64,000 bases of DNA from Azolla caroliniana (Eukaryota > Plantae > Polypodiophyta). Positions within the stretch are counted from its first letter, which is position 1. Every line of letters begins with the position of its first letter. The position numbers and the translations under genes were made by a program. Below are positions 50,621-64,000 of this stretch, piece after piece. The stretch spans positions 5,332,001 through 5,396,000 of the forward strand of contig JBHGNT010000010.1 in assembly GCA_043228905.1 (NCBI GenBank), in the 5' to 3' direction. Below the pieces are notes generated by a model that was not told the DNA's origin, did not search any database, and saw only the letters and a program-made list of their open reading frames with translations.

Positions 50621-51338
50621 CAACTTTAGGGTTGTCTTAGTGAGGATGAGTATTTGTTTAGTAGATTTGAGTAAGCGTAGCTAGCAGTTGGAGAGCAATT
50701 GACAACCACTCTCACCCAATTCACCAACAATAAGGTATATGACAATCCAAACCCCTCAAGCAACAATATTGGTGTGTAGGCAAAACTCTTGCTAGTCCGT
50801 AGAGATGCGCTTAGTGGAACACACCTAGAGCTGACACAACTATAATGACATGTTAAGAGGGGACGATGTCTTGATAGACATAGTTAAAGAGAACCCCTAG
50901 AAGGTTGAGGTCATATATTTATGCTTTATGCACACATCGAGACTTTGGACTTTGAAGTATGAATATTTTAAGGAGACACACATCAAGAAAATTTTTGTGC
51001 TCAAGTCACAAGAGTAAAAAATTGGCCTCACTATGGACGTTAAAAAATATATAAATCTTAGTAATGTTGAAAAGGTGACTCGTATGCCCACATGGCACCA
51101 CATTTCAATCATTCAAAGAGTCATCTTGAAACTTCAAGCCTAAGAGCGAACATGTATATAAATAACATCATACGACCATGAGAGATTTGCTATTAATGGA
51201 TACAAAGGAGTGCTAGGTGTACACGTGCATTCTGTTTGGGAAAACATCCAATTCTAGGGATGATTCAGTCTTTATGTTTGAGTGTGTAGGTCAAGGAACT
51301 CCACGATGGGGGACAACGCAACCAAGCAGAGCATCAAG

Positions 51339-51532
51339 CTTTAGTTGCAACATTGATATTCATTTAACACATGTTATTGTAAACCTTATTGTACCTTTCT
51401 GAGTTTTTGAGTTTTAAGCGACGATCTACCAATGCCTTTAGTTGCAACATTGATATTCATTTAACACATGTTATTGTAAACCTTATTGTACCTTTTTGAG
51501 TTTTTGAGTTTTAAGCGACGATCTACCAATGC
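51339..51532. repeat. Tandem duplication, 2 x 97 bp
   Basis: CTTTAGTTGCAACATTGATATTC... starts at 51339 and at 51436. Confidence 0.9.
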
Positions 51533-53737
51533 AAGTTCCAACACGAGCAAAGTACAAATTAAGTATGAGTGAAAAAAACTAGAATGAGAACTTCATGTCA
51601 CTATAATTTTAAGAACCTACTTTGCTAAATTAGGCTAGAAGGTTATGACACTTTACACTCCCATGACTTGTACATGATTAGATTGATCATTAAAAACAAT
51701 ATTTTCCTCTTAGTACAGATATTTATAGAAAATTTTCAATATTTGAAATTATCAAAAGTTTGGGAGACTACAATCTACATGAATGAATTTGTAAGGAAAA
51801 GTTTGGTTGTGAGTTGTAAATATAACAAATTGTTAGAAAATACAATTATACAACTTAACCAACAATTGTTTATTTTTCTCCATTTTCAAAATATACAAGA
51901 GATATATTGCTTAGTTTTCTAATAAAATTCTCTTTTTTTTTTTGTCAGCATTTACATTATCCAACTATTTTAAGGTTTCTGGATCTAAGATATATCGTTG
52001 AAAGAAACAATATATAAAGTAGATGATATGCAATCAAGGCTTCTACTCATCAAATGCATGGTCAACTTTTGTGTACAAACATTGGGGTTTCATGAAGGGA
52101 ACATCTTTATGAATCCAACATTCTCATTTCCATGCGTAAAATAATTATGGAATTTGTCAATGGGAAAAGTCTAGATATTTTATATAGAAACATAGGAGCA
52201 ACTTTATATGTTTTATAAGGTTTAGTTTATATAAATACATTCAGAATGATAAGTCCCAAACTTTGAAAAGATTTCTAAAAAAATTTACAAGTTATGGGAT
52301 TCTATCAAACATTTACAAATGTTTCCGATCCATAAGTTGATTCCTAGAAGGCTGAGTGTTGATACCTTATTCTCTATCGTTAGTTCTAGTTATTAAACTA
52401 TTGTGATTTGCTAGCATGTTTGATCCCTTTTACATGAATGATGCTCTAATTTTCCGTTACTAATCAATAGACTTCCCTTTACAAGCATTAAATAAAAGGA
52501 TATTTGGAGTAGATACCACAAATGAAGAAGATGGTACGAAATCGCTAAGAAAATATAGAAAATGCCACAATTTTTAAATGTGGCATTTGTTGTATAAACA
52601 AGTATCTAACCAATAGGCTTGTTATAAATATACGATATAAGTAGGCAAGCACCCCTTTCCAGAACATTAGCGACAAAATAGTTGTACCTAACAAATTAAA
52701 GTGTTGTATTTGGTTTCTTCCCTTTGTCTAATCCAAAAAAGAGGAAGCTAGTATAAACAAATGAAAGCTAAAGTTTGCCAAAATATCTCAAGATTTGAAA
52801 ATTTTGACCAAATACCCTTACATCATACATGAGTTTACTACTACATAGGGATATATGGAGAATACCAACAAGTTAGGGGTATTTCATGTTTCTCCCTTGA
52901 ATTTAAATGAGGGGAGAACATTGGAAGTTTGTACAATGTTTCATTATTCCTTTGTCTTTTCCTTGTTCCCCCAAATGCCCTTCATAGAGCATGGAAACAA
53001 AAGGAGAGAAGAAGATGATGAATTGAGCATATAATGGCTTAAAGAGCATATATTATTGAGACGAAGTGACCATCAATTTGCTCTATTAGGGGTACATGGA
53101 AAAGTAGAAACTAAAAGGCAACAAGGAACAACAATAATTGATGACGTATTATATGTGTCGTGGTTAAAGGAAGCACAATCATTCAAGCAAATATTGGGTG
53201 TTTATATCATTAATGACATATTGTACAAGGGTTAATGGTTGCATCAAGAGTTCAATTTATACACATGCAAGTTTGAGAAACGTGACATTTGTTACAACAA
53301 TTAAGTGTCATTGATACTTAAGTTAATCGCACAGGTAAGTCCTGCATGTCACGGAGGACTTGAAGGGGTCAACAACCACCACATAACAAGTGGGGTATCA
53401 AATAGAGGAAGCAATCGAGGGGCACAAATCCAATATTGGAGTTCAAGAAGGAACATTGGATGGTGAGATACATAAACAATCATGTTTTGCCAAAACCAAA
53501 CTCACACATACTACTGATAGATTTGATGCCATTGCCAATTTGTAGAGAGGAAAGGTCGAAGAGTGAACGAAGGAGCTAGTCCAAGCCACCCAAATTTGAT
53601 TTGACATGATGGAAAAAAGGGGGGTGTCTTGAAAGCCATACTTACAAGGGTTTTATCGTACGTAGTAAGCAAGATTCATGCAAAGTTCCGATGCTTGGGT
53701 GGAGAGGGCCAAGAAGTTGCAGAGGTTTGGGGGGTTA

Positions 53738-54129
53738 ATGGTTTGGTTTGAGCCTTTATTGGCTTAACAGTTCCCGGTTTAAACGGTTTGAAATCATGGT
53801 TTAAATGGTTCCAATGGTTTGACGGTTTAAGATCAAGAGTTGGATTATTTTCTTAAATATTTCAAGAAAATTCTTTGAAATTTGAAATATTGGAAAATTT
53901 TAAAATTATGAATTTTGACCTAACTTGAAGACCAAAACCAAACTGCGAAACCACGGTTTTAATGGTTTGAAAATCTCCACAACAGTTCAGTTTGAGCGTC
54001 AGAAATTTTTGTAGTTGTTCGGTTTTCAAACAGTTTTTGTGGTTTGGTTCGGTTTAAGTGTCGATTTTTTAAAACGGTTTGAGTTCGAGACTCTCGAACC
54101 GAACCGAACCGAACCGTCGCCGCTTGTTA
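53738..54129 (-). mobile_element. One-ended copy of the AACCG-rich MITE family, adjacent to the RLD 5' region
   Basis: Reverse complement begins TAACAAGCGGCGACGGTTCGG and continues ...AAAACCGTGGTTTC...TTAGGTCAAAATT, collinear with 1965-2180. Confidence 0.7.
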
Positions 54130-54240
54130 AATAAGAACACAACTCACTGAAAGAAAGAGAGAAGGAAGGTATTTTGCTTGGAATACATAGTGTGAACACA
54201 AAGAAACTGAACCAAAACATAAACAAATAGATTTCTCAAG

Positions 54241-54420
54241 GTCGCCGTCGCCGTCACCGTCACCGTCAAAGTCGCCGTCACCGTCAAAGTCGCCGTCACC
54301 GTCAGTTTCCGTTGCCGTCCAGCAGAGAAGATCGACGCGAGCAGCAGAACACTTTTCCTGCGTGTCTGTTCCGCCATAGCCATAGCTATCGCCATCGCCA
54401 TCGCCATCGCCATCGCCACG
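54241..54420. repeat. GC-rich hexamer repeats (GTCGCC/GTCACC, ATCGCC, ATAGCC) in the probable RLD 5' UTR
   Basis: Direct reading; CpG-rich patch typical of a transcription start region (inference). Confidence 0.7.
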
Positions 54421-55995
54421 GCCACACAGACGAAGGAACCCCCTGCAATTCGACCAGAACCAGTGAATCAAACAAGCCTGAACCAAACGAAAAGAGACCG
54501 CAACAAGATCCGATCCCCCCCCCCCCCCCAACAGGAAGACGTCCAATCGGAAAGGACAGTGGCCTTTCTTCTTCCTCATGCTGTGTGTTCTCTGCAGCTC
54601 TCCATTGCTACTTGAATCTACGGTTCAGATAGAGGAGCCGTGTTTTCTCGCTTCTTCGGATCTTTTCAGAAAAAGCAGGAGCTTCAGTTATCGTTATCGA
54701 TTGTGCTTTTCTTCTTCTTCTTCTTCTTCTTCTTCTTCTTTCTGTCAGAAACACTTTCCTGTCTTATGCCATAGCCATAGCCGTAGCCAGAACTAGACCC
54801 GGCCACAAAGCTCACATCTAGTTGTCAATTTACAGTCATTCGCAGAATATCATTGCAATACGTCAACGAATGTGATCAAACTGAACAGGGAAGTTGAAAG
54901 TTCCTATCTTCTTCTTCCATCTTTGATTAGCTTTCTAGTTCTGTCCTTCTCCTTCTTGATCTTACCATGCTCATCGCTACGTCTGGAGAAAACTTCTCGC
55001 ACAGATTAGAAAAAAAGCAGTTTTCTATCTATCTTTCTATATCTCTCTCTCTCTTTATTTCTTCAAATACTACTTCTTCTTTTTATTAATACTGAACATT
55101 TGGTTCTTCGCCATGGCTAGGAGCTCAAGCTAACAGACAAGAAGAATCCTCAAAAACATCAATGAAGGGAGAAGAAAAGTTGAAAGCTTCTCTCTCTTCT
55201 TTCTTGTTATGCTTCGACCTTCACCAGTTCAATTTTTCATAAGTTACTACTCCTTTCTTCTCGTTTATCTGACGATCATCATCGGTATTGGAGCTTATTC
55301 TTTTGGTCAGAGAGAAACAGTATTTCTTCTCTTCTTCTTTTGGGAAAGCAGAAACAGAAAGTTCAGTTATGACGATAGGTTTCCATTCTCTGTCAGAAAC
55401 ACTTTCCTGTCTCCTCCATAGCCAGACAGAGAAACGAGGTCAAGCAAACAGACAATTAGAATCAAGTGCAAAACGTCAACAAACGAATTTAAGGAAGCGA
55501 CGATAAAAGGAAAGATTCTCTGTCTTCTTTCATTCCACGGCTTCTTCTTTCTTTATCATTGCTTTGTTTCTGCATCCTTTTCCTGCTTAATCCGATCTCC
55601 ATAACTCCTGTACCTTCCACGAGTCAGAAGAAAACAGTGTTTCGTCGCTTCCTCGTTCAGCATCAAGAGGTTTAATTACCCCTTTTTTCAGCATCGCTCT
55701 GACGCACAGAAACACTTTCCTGTTTCCGCCATAGCCAGCTACAGTAAAGAGCTCAGTCAAAGAGACAAACAATCAGAAGGAAAAGCTGAAAGTGTCTCTT
55801 TCTTTCTTACTGTCCCTCTTCTTCATCATTCCCACTGCTGTCTATCTGCTTCTTTTTCTTCTTTACCTGTTCTTTATCACTACTGTGATTTCCACACAAC
55901 AGAGAAATACCATTATTCTTTCCCTCCTCGCCTTCTGTGCCTTTCTCAATCTTTACAGCAGTTGGAGACGCATTTGGTTAGCTTTGTAGTCAATT

Positions 55996-56032
<37 letters not shown>

Positions 56033-56914
56033 CCTCTTCTTCGACACCTTTATGCACCATGAGCATAATTTTCCTGTTAGATGACAATGAGCCACTCTAT
56101 GAACTTAGTTTTCCTGCACAATGAGCTATTGCATGAACACAGCCTTCGTGCATGAAAACAATGATGATGAATGACCCGTCACAATCCATTTTTAGAAATC
56201 TACAGTACAATTGATCTTGCTACTGTGAATTTGAATGAAGACCGGGGGGACACATCTTTTCAAAATGCTAAATTCTAATGGAAGATTGTGATTGTTGTAT
56301 GGGTTTTAAAAGATAGAATCCCAAATTTTCACGTGGAACCTCTGGTTATGCACAACTAAGCAGCATATCGACAATGTGATTCAATTCAGTTCTTGAATTT
56401 CTTGGTATTTGCAGTGAATGTTCTGAGAATCTCAAGGATCCGATGAATTTGGATAATTTAAACTGTGAAAAATTCTGGCCAAACGCACAATGTATCATTT
56501 GCCAAATGGATAGAGTATATGTACAGTGAAGAATCTGCTTTACTGCAAAGGAGCTTTCTGTGGAAACAACTGCCCTCCTATATGTCAAATATGTGTTGCA
56601 GGATCAAATCACATCATTACGTGGAGTCTGATAAGAAGAACAAGATCATAGAGTCCTGGTATCCCAACATGTGAATGTGAGTAATCACTAACCTAGTCTT
56701 TGCTGTAGCATGGTTGCAATGTAGATGATGTCAAGTGCGTTTCTGCCTTGTTTTCAGACACTACATTTTATCCACTCCCATTTGGCACCAAATCAATTTC
56801 TATGGTGTATTTTCAAGGGTTTATTTGTGCTCCATGAGCAAGGACTTGAGTGCTTATTACATAATTATGATAGCTGCAGTCTATTTAGTGATTTGTTTAG
56901 GATAGGCATAGTTA

Positions 56915-57095
56915 ACTATGCTTGACTTTGAAATCTAGTAGATCTTATGAGAATCATTGTTGGTGAGCCGAGTAATTGACTTAAGTTTGGTATAGATTCC
57001 AGACTATGCTTGACTTTGAAATCTACTAGATCTTATGAGAAGCATTGTTAGTTTGAGCCAAGTAATTATCTTAAGTTTGGTATAGATTCCAGACC
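56915..57095. repeat. Tandem duplication, 2 x about 88 bp
   Basis: ACTATGCTTGACTTTGAAATCTA...TATAGATTCCAG occurs twice. Confidence 0.85.
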
Positions 57096-57560
57096 TGACT
57101 TGATCTCAAAAATTGAATTTGTACTCCTTGCCATTTAACATTCAAATCAAACTAATCAAGGCTGAGCAAGTGAAGGGTTTAATTGGTTTAGGTGAACATA
57201 TCGATGTCTTTCAAATATGTTTTATATGATTCACATAAAGAAGGCGATACTTCCTCATCCATGTTTGGTGAACAAGTACTGCTATTAAATCCAAGTGCAT
57301 GTATCAGGTTGCATTGTGAAGAATATTTTTCTCTCATCAAGGAAGTATGCTTAAGTCTGTCATCCTGATTTGACATTCTTTGTGATTAATGTCCTGGAAC
57401 TCCAGTAGACAAGGAGGGGGGGAGGTAAAAGCCGTGTAGATCTTTCAATGCTAATCTATAATCTCCTATAGTCTGTATAATGCTTGCATGTTTTAGGAAC
57501 TATACTTCTAAAAAACCAAACTTATTTTAGAAGCTTGTATTTTTCTTGGGTTTTGAACAG

Positions 57561-60500
57561 ATGAAAGGTGAAACGGTTCGGGTGAGTGTTTCAAGTCAGC
57601 TGAGTACCTCAAGCCAAGGGTCTGCGCAAGATGATTATGACGCACTTGGCTATATTTTTATGTGGGGTGAAGGGATAGGTGATGGACTCCTTGGTGGAGG
57701 TATTCATGCTATCGATTCTGGAATTGGTGCAAACTTAGATGCATATTTTCCTAAAGCAGTGGGTTCAAGTGTTGTACTAGACGCACAGAAGATTGCTTGT
57801 GGTGGAAAGCATGCAGCATTGGTCACAAGACAAGGGGAAGTTTTTACTTGGGGCGAAGAGTCAGGAGGGTGGCTTGGGCACGGGGTCATCATGGATGTTC
57901 CTTATCCAAAACTAGTGGAGGCTCTTGCCAGTTATACAGTAGAGTTCGTTGCTTGTGGGGAGTACCATTCATGTGCTTTGACTCAATCTGGGGACGTTTA
58001 TACTTGGGGAGACGGTGCACATAATTTTGGGCTACTAGGACATGGAAGAGATCTAAGCCACTGGATACCTAAAAGAATCAGTGGGTGCATAGAGGGTGTT
58101 CGTGTTTCATCTGTTTCTTGTGGGCCTTGGCATACTGCTTTAATAAGTGCTTCAGGTCAGCTATTCACATTTGGTGATGGGACGTTTGGTGTTCTTGGAC
58201 ATGGTAACCGAATGAGCCTCTCTTCTCCCAAGGAAATTGAGTCTTTGAAAGGCTTGAAAACCATTCAGGTTAGTTGTGGAGTTTGGCATACAGCAGCAGT
58301 TGTTGAAGTGATGGCGGGCTATTTAAGCTCGAACAGTTTTTCTTCTGGAAAGCTATTCACCTGGGGTGATGGAGACAAAGGACGGCTCGGTCACGAGGAT
58401 AAGGAACACAGACTTGTCCCGACTTGCGTGCCCTCTTTAATTGATTACAATTTTCGTCATGTTGCATGTGGCCACAGTTTAACAGTAGGATTGACCTCTT
58501 CAGGCCATGTGTTTACATTTGGCAGTACTGTATATGGACAGCTAGGGGACCCTCGGGCAAATGGTAAGAGTCCGGTTCGTGTCGGAGGAAGACTTTGGGA
58601 TTCTGTGGTTGAAGAGATAGCATGTGGTGCACATCATGTTGCGGTTCTGACTTCCAAATCAGAGGTCTATACATGGGGAAAAGGTAAAAATGGAAGGCTA
58701 GGTCATGGAGACGTTGAGGATAAGAAGTCACCCATGCTTGTTGAAGCTTTGAAAGATAGACAAGTGAAAAGCATTGCTTGTGGTTCAAGCTTTACAGCAG
58801 CTATTTGCCTTCATAAATGGGGAACTGGGTCAGAACAACCCTTGTGCGCGAGCTGCAGACAACCTTTTAGTTTCACCAAGAAACGTCATAAATGCTATAA
58901 TTGTGGCATTGTGGTTTGCCATACGTGTAGCTCCAGGAAATCTTATAAAGCATTGATGGCTCCTAATCCTAACAAGACATATCGTGTTTGCGATTCTTGT
59001 TACGTAAAACTAAGTCAACTGGTCAATCAAATGGATACAACAAACAAGAATGCCTTCCTTGAAAGACCCAAACCTGATATGAAAACGGCTGTATCTCAAC
59101 CAAATTTATTACATATACCCGATGCTAAAATCCATGCAAGAGCTAGGAAGAAGCCAGATTCTTCTTTGAGTCGAGTTGCACCTACACCAACTGATTTAAT
59201 ATCAAAAAGAACTGGTGTCACATTGGCGTCCGAGGATCTTCATTCTAGAAGAAACTCAGTTAGAACAGGTTCTCGATCTGTCTCACCATTTTCAAGTAGG
59301 ATGAGCCCACCGAGATCTACCACACCAACTCCAACAATGAGGGGTCTTGCATCTCCCAAGGTGATTGTTGACGATCTAAAGCAGACGAATAAAGCTTTAA
59401 GCCAAGATGTTCTTAAGCTTCAAACGCAGGTAAAATGATTTTCTCTAGTTACAATTATTTTGATTATGAACACTGAGCACTGCTCTCACTTTCATTTTGG
59501 TTTGTTGGTTTAAGCTATTTATTTGTACTGTGTATATTCTTTTGGGGATGAATTATTGGCTGCTGTTGATGATTACAGGTTGAAAACATGGCCCGACAAC
59601 ATTGTTTGCGAGAGCTTGAGCTACAGAAAAAACTTGATGATGCACTTGCAGCTGTTACCGAAGAATCTGAGAGGGCGAGGGCTGCTAAGGAAGTCATCAA
59701 GTCACTTACTGCACAGGTTTGCATACAGTAAGGGAAATACCCGAGATACCCCTGAGGTTTGGTTCATTTCCCGAAATCATCCCCGTTTTTTTAATTGTCG
59801 CTGCAATTTGAGCTCTTTTTCTTTTTCGGGTTGATTAGGGTTATTCGGGAAATAAAATAAAACTCAGGTATTTGGTAGTTTCCCTTTTCATGATGATGGG
59901 TTTCATCATAGTGATGCTGATTACGTCTATTTATGTTGCAGCTTAAAGCTTTTGTGAACAGATTACCAGAAGGGCAACAGATGGTTTCAGGGGCTGAAGC
60001 TCAAAATCAATTGCCAAATGGTGTACAACTATCCTCCGCTCAAGGAGACCTTGATTTACGAAAAAACTTCAATGCTGCAACTGCTGATGTTGAAGCTAGT
60101 ACAACACCCAAAAGAGAAGATGCACGGAGTGAGGATGTTCATACTAGAGAAAACCATCACCTTAATAATGTCGCTGCTGTTGATGAGCAAACTGTGATGG
60201 GCATTCCAGGAGCTCTGAAGCAAGAGGAAGATCGTATTATAAATACATCCGGAGGTGATAGAATTTCAGAGTGGGTTGAACAAGATGAATCGGGTGTTTA
60301 CATCACGCTCGTATCCCTCCCTAATGGTGGGAGAGACTTGAAGAGAGTGAGGTTCAGGTAAGTTCATTTTTTATTATGTATATTTTGTAGGTGAAAACTC
60401 TGGAATATGCGAATTTGTCTTTTTCCCAAACTCCGTTCCCACCATGTACCCCCAAACTCCCCTAAACCCATGGTCAATCCTCAAAGATAAATTATATATG

Positions 60501-61798
60501 CTATTTGAGTGTCTATGTGGTCAATTCATCCCCTGTGCTTCCTTTATTTTAGGTATACATATTTTACTGGTTGGAAATCTTAATGTGGGGTAAAAATCCA
60601 CGCAAATTGTGCAAACTTTCAGCATGCAAAAGCACCTAAAATAAAGGTGAAATGTTGTGTCACAGAAAGAGAGATTTCATCAAATTGGAGACAATCATAA
60701 AGAGATTGTCTATAAAAGGATTTAAGGAAACAAAAAACAACAATAAAGGGCTGCTCAAAGTCTACAGGATTCCGGACTAAACAAAGAGAATGACTAATTC
60801 TCCATTTCTCAAAGTGAGATTCAATGGAAAATATATAACCAATAAACATCGCCACTAGAACACCTTTTGTCTGAGCTTGAAATCTGATTACCAAAGTTAA
60901 ATATGTCTTTTCTTTCACCATTCCTCAGATCTGGTGATTTTCAAAAGAGCATTACCATGCCTTTGAACCCTTGGAAGTGGATGAAATAACCTATAGATGG
61001 GAGTAGGTAGTCCTTTCATATGACATCTATGGTATCTCTCTTGAATTGCCAATTACAAAACCTATTCAATGCCTCTAGTGGTGGCACAAGTGCAAATGCT
61101 TGTGGTTCTTGATTATTCTTGAGCAGATAAGTTTGCGATGAGGACCCTAATATTGACTTAATATTGCATCTCGAAAGCTTAGCACATACCCATAATCATT
61201 TACCAGACCATATATAAATTTAATACCTTGATTGGCTATGAATGCCCTACATGGCTCCATTTGGGCTAACAGGGTAACAAAAAGAGAACTCCAATGGACA
61301 CTCTACCTTCTCATGGAGGTACCAGGATGCATGCTCCCTGCTATTCTAACAAAGATTTTAGCTGAAGTTTTGTTGTCTCTTGTAAAATGATCAATAAAGT
61401 CTAACAATTTACATTCTGCTCTTTAAATAAAGAAAGTCTGCTTCATGAAAAATGGAATTTCTGCCCACTTATTTGTGAATATTGTTCCCTTCTTGTTTGT
61501 ATTTCTGCAGTAATACAGCAGTAATACAATGAAAGACTAGTAAGAAATTGTGAAAGGATCATCCTCTTTTAACTCATTAAAATATTGTGTCTGTATGCAT
61601 AAGTTATACACCTCTTGATAATCTCTTGATTCAGTATTGACAAATTCTGCTTATGACCACATGTTTTGCAGTAGAAGAAGGTTCACTGAAAAGCAAGCAG
61701 AGCTATGGTGGGCAGAGAACCGTGGGAGGATATTTGAGAAATATAATGTGAAAAGCATGGACAAGACGGTCTTTGAGCCAAAGACAGGAAAGAATTGA
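57561..61798 (+). CDS. RLD: RLD/PRAF family protein (RCC1 repeats, FYVE, coiled coil, BRX), 4 coding exons, 849 aa, no PH domain seen
   Basis: Exons 57561-59429, 59579-59716, 59942-60357 and 61672-61798 total 2550 nt in one open frame. RCC1 repeats (VACGxxH...WG...LGHG); [21 protein letters not shown]...RVCDSC; [12 protein letters not shown]; [17 protein letters not shown]...LKRVRFSRRRF...WW. The start codon is inferred. Confidence 0.92.
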
Positions 61799-63113
61799 TT
61801 ATCATGCATGATCCATGTCACTTTCTGATATTAAAGTTAGAAGGTTTATTTAGCATCACATCGAAGCCCAAGAATTACTCCATCTGTCAGATGGTTCTAT
61901 TGAAATAGATTTTCTGGTTTGTCGAGAAAGCTAGACACTGAAGATAATTAGCAAGCTCATGCAGCAGCACCTCGAAGGAAGACGATTTTTATTTAGTTCA
62001 GGAGCTTTTGCTGAAGTGGGTAGTGTGGTTCATCCCAGTATAGCCAACAAAGGCTGCCAGTCAAGAGGCTGTAAGTATTTCCATCGATATTTCTTGGAGA
62101 AGGAAAGTATAATGCAGGAGAGTGGAATTGGGTGAAAGAGTATCGTATGCATAGTGGCAGCTATGACAAATCCCCAAAGTGGAACGCTATTTTATCCAGA
62201 CTTTGCAAAGTACTGCCACCACCTATGGACATTTTAATTCAAGAGAATGAGAATGAGAATGAGGATGGGTGAACCGTTTTCTTGAAAAAAGCCACTCATA
62301 TTATGCCTTTATGACAAAGGGATCCATTCTCACCTTTTTTAGCAATGCCAGGAAAGAAAACATAGCTATTATATGGTATTCAGCATAGAGACATGGATAA
62401 AGAGAGAGTCCCTTGTTTTGCCACTGCTTTTCATGATATCAAGTTTGCTTGAGATAAAAGAAGAAATGGACACCTTTTTTGTTTGCAACATGGTGGGCAT
62501 AAAGCCAACAGGTCAATCCAAAGATAGATGGACTTAAACTTGAGATAATAAGCTTCTCTAACCAGCGGAATGCTCAGTTTCTATCATTACTTGGAGCATG
62601 GAGTCCGGTGTCGAAGCAAAGAAAGGATATCTAGCTTAATTTTTGCACTTTGTTTATGCAGCATTCTTGTATCCAAATAATTTAGAACAACAAAAATGTG
62701 AAAAATACATATTTCAAGGATTGGCTGCCATGTGAAACTCATTTTGCTGATTGACTTCTTCTGAGCATTTGTTTTCCTTCTTCTTGGTGAGTCTTGTACC
62801 ATTGGATAACCTCATTCTGCAAACTTAATTTGAGGGGTCAGAAATCTCTTTTGTAGGTTACAAGAATAGGAAATGGAGGAATGCTTCAGAAATTACCATG
62901 TAATGCATGCCGTTTATCGCCATTTCTTTACATCATCCCATTGATCTTTGATATATACCATCTACCTTCATCATTTCTGCTGTTAATTAAACACTGCATA
63001 AAGGTAGATAGATTGTACATACATATTGAAGGCGTTGGTAACTTGACATTGTTAAGATTAAAATATATTTCAAATGTTAGACACAAACTTGGAAATCAGT
63101 GTAAGCTCCTAGA

Positions 63114-63565
63114 TTAAGCTAGAAATAAGTTTACCACACTTTTTGTAACAAATTCATTTGGTTAAAAGACATCTTTTTGTTGACGCCAAATAAGAGCTCT
63201 TCAACCTAATCCCAATTTGAAATAACAATGTTGCCAAGGCTTCACTTAATGGTACTATTGACACTTAAGCTAGAAATAAGTTTGCCACACTTTTTGAAAC
63301 AATTTCAATTGGTTAGAATGCATCTTTTTGTTGATGCCAAATAAGAGCTCTTCAACCTAATCGCAATTTGAAATAACAATGTTGCCAAGGCTTCACTTAA
63401 TGGTAGTATTGACACTTAAGCTAGAAATAAGTTTGCCACACTTTTCAAAACAATTTCAATCAGTTAAAAGTCATCTTTTTGTTGACGCCGAGTGAGAGCT
63501 CTTCAACCTAATCACAATTTGAAATAACAATGTTGCCAAGGTTTCACTTAAAGGTAGTATTGACA
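63114..63565. repeat. Tandem repeat, 3 x 151 bp
   Basis: TTAAGCTAGAAATAAGTTT... starts at 63114, 63265 and 63416. Confidence 0.92.
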
Positions 63566-64000
63566 TTCCCAGCTAATCTTGACCTAGAAATCGTCTAAAC
63601 TAGCATTGGGCTTCTTCCTCAACTTATAACTGACCTTACACACATACACACACATACATCAACATCATAGACAAATGATGAATTATGAATAAGACAAAGG
63701 TGGTGTAAGGGAAATGAATGGCGACACATGTGGCAGTAGTCAAGATGGTGGACAAATACTTATTCTATGTGAAAACATCACAAGAAAACAATTGAACTCT
63801 ATTTTTAGTACAAAATCATAACAAGCCTCACTAGAATGCTAGGTTTTTTATAGAGAAAGTGGAAAATTTAGAAACTATTTAAAGAGTGCCAGGTTGGCAA
63901 AGTAAGAAGTGTCACTATCTTGTTGGCTAGTTCCCAATTCAATAGATTTCGCAAATGTTAGCTTGTTATAGTAGGAGAGAGAGTGTGCATGTAGCTAGTG

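Noticed and set aside
50650-53700. Possible additional gene
   Set aside because: Only very degraded TE-like traces (for example a Copia protease-like IDDVLYV near 53140); no spliceable frame found.
54127-54632. ORFs with GD, MA or HR repeats
   Set aside because: Translations of hexamer microsatellites in a probable UTR.

Overview
Eukaryotic land-plant nuclear DNA. A fern is my inference, from the PLS-PPR relic, the RTE-X LINE and the long introns. There are two intact, divergently oriented genes. One is a 15-exon PDI-C gene (PDIL5-4-like; thioredoxin plus Erv41/46 COPII domains) on the minus strand at 11525-23283. The other is an RLD/PRAF-type RCC1-FYVE-coiled-coil-BRX gene on the plus strand at 57561-61798, which appears to lack the usual N-terminal PH domain. 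About 30 kb of nested retroelements separate them: an L1 ORF1 piece, a 5'-truncated Athila-like Ty3/gypsy with three Gag zinc knuckles and a long extra 3' ORF, Ty1/copia elements nested in each other, solo LTRs and a PPR pseudogene. Left of the PDI gene lie a young near-intact Ty1/copia with a non-canonical LTR end, an RTE-X LINE 3' end, an AACCG-rich MITE and a filamin-repeat (GEX2-like) pseudo-exon. The most notable signal is a set of solo-LTR-like elements with TGTC...GACA ends and 4-bp target duplications at ACGT; two of them carry a tRNA-like A-box/B-box cassette at the same internal position. All calls were read by eye and no database searches were run.
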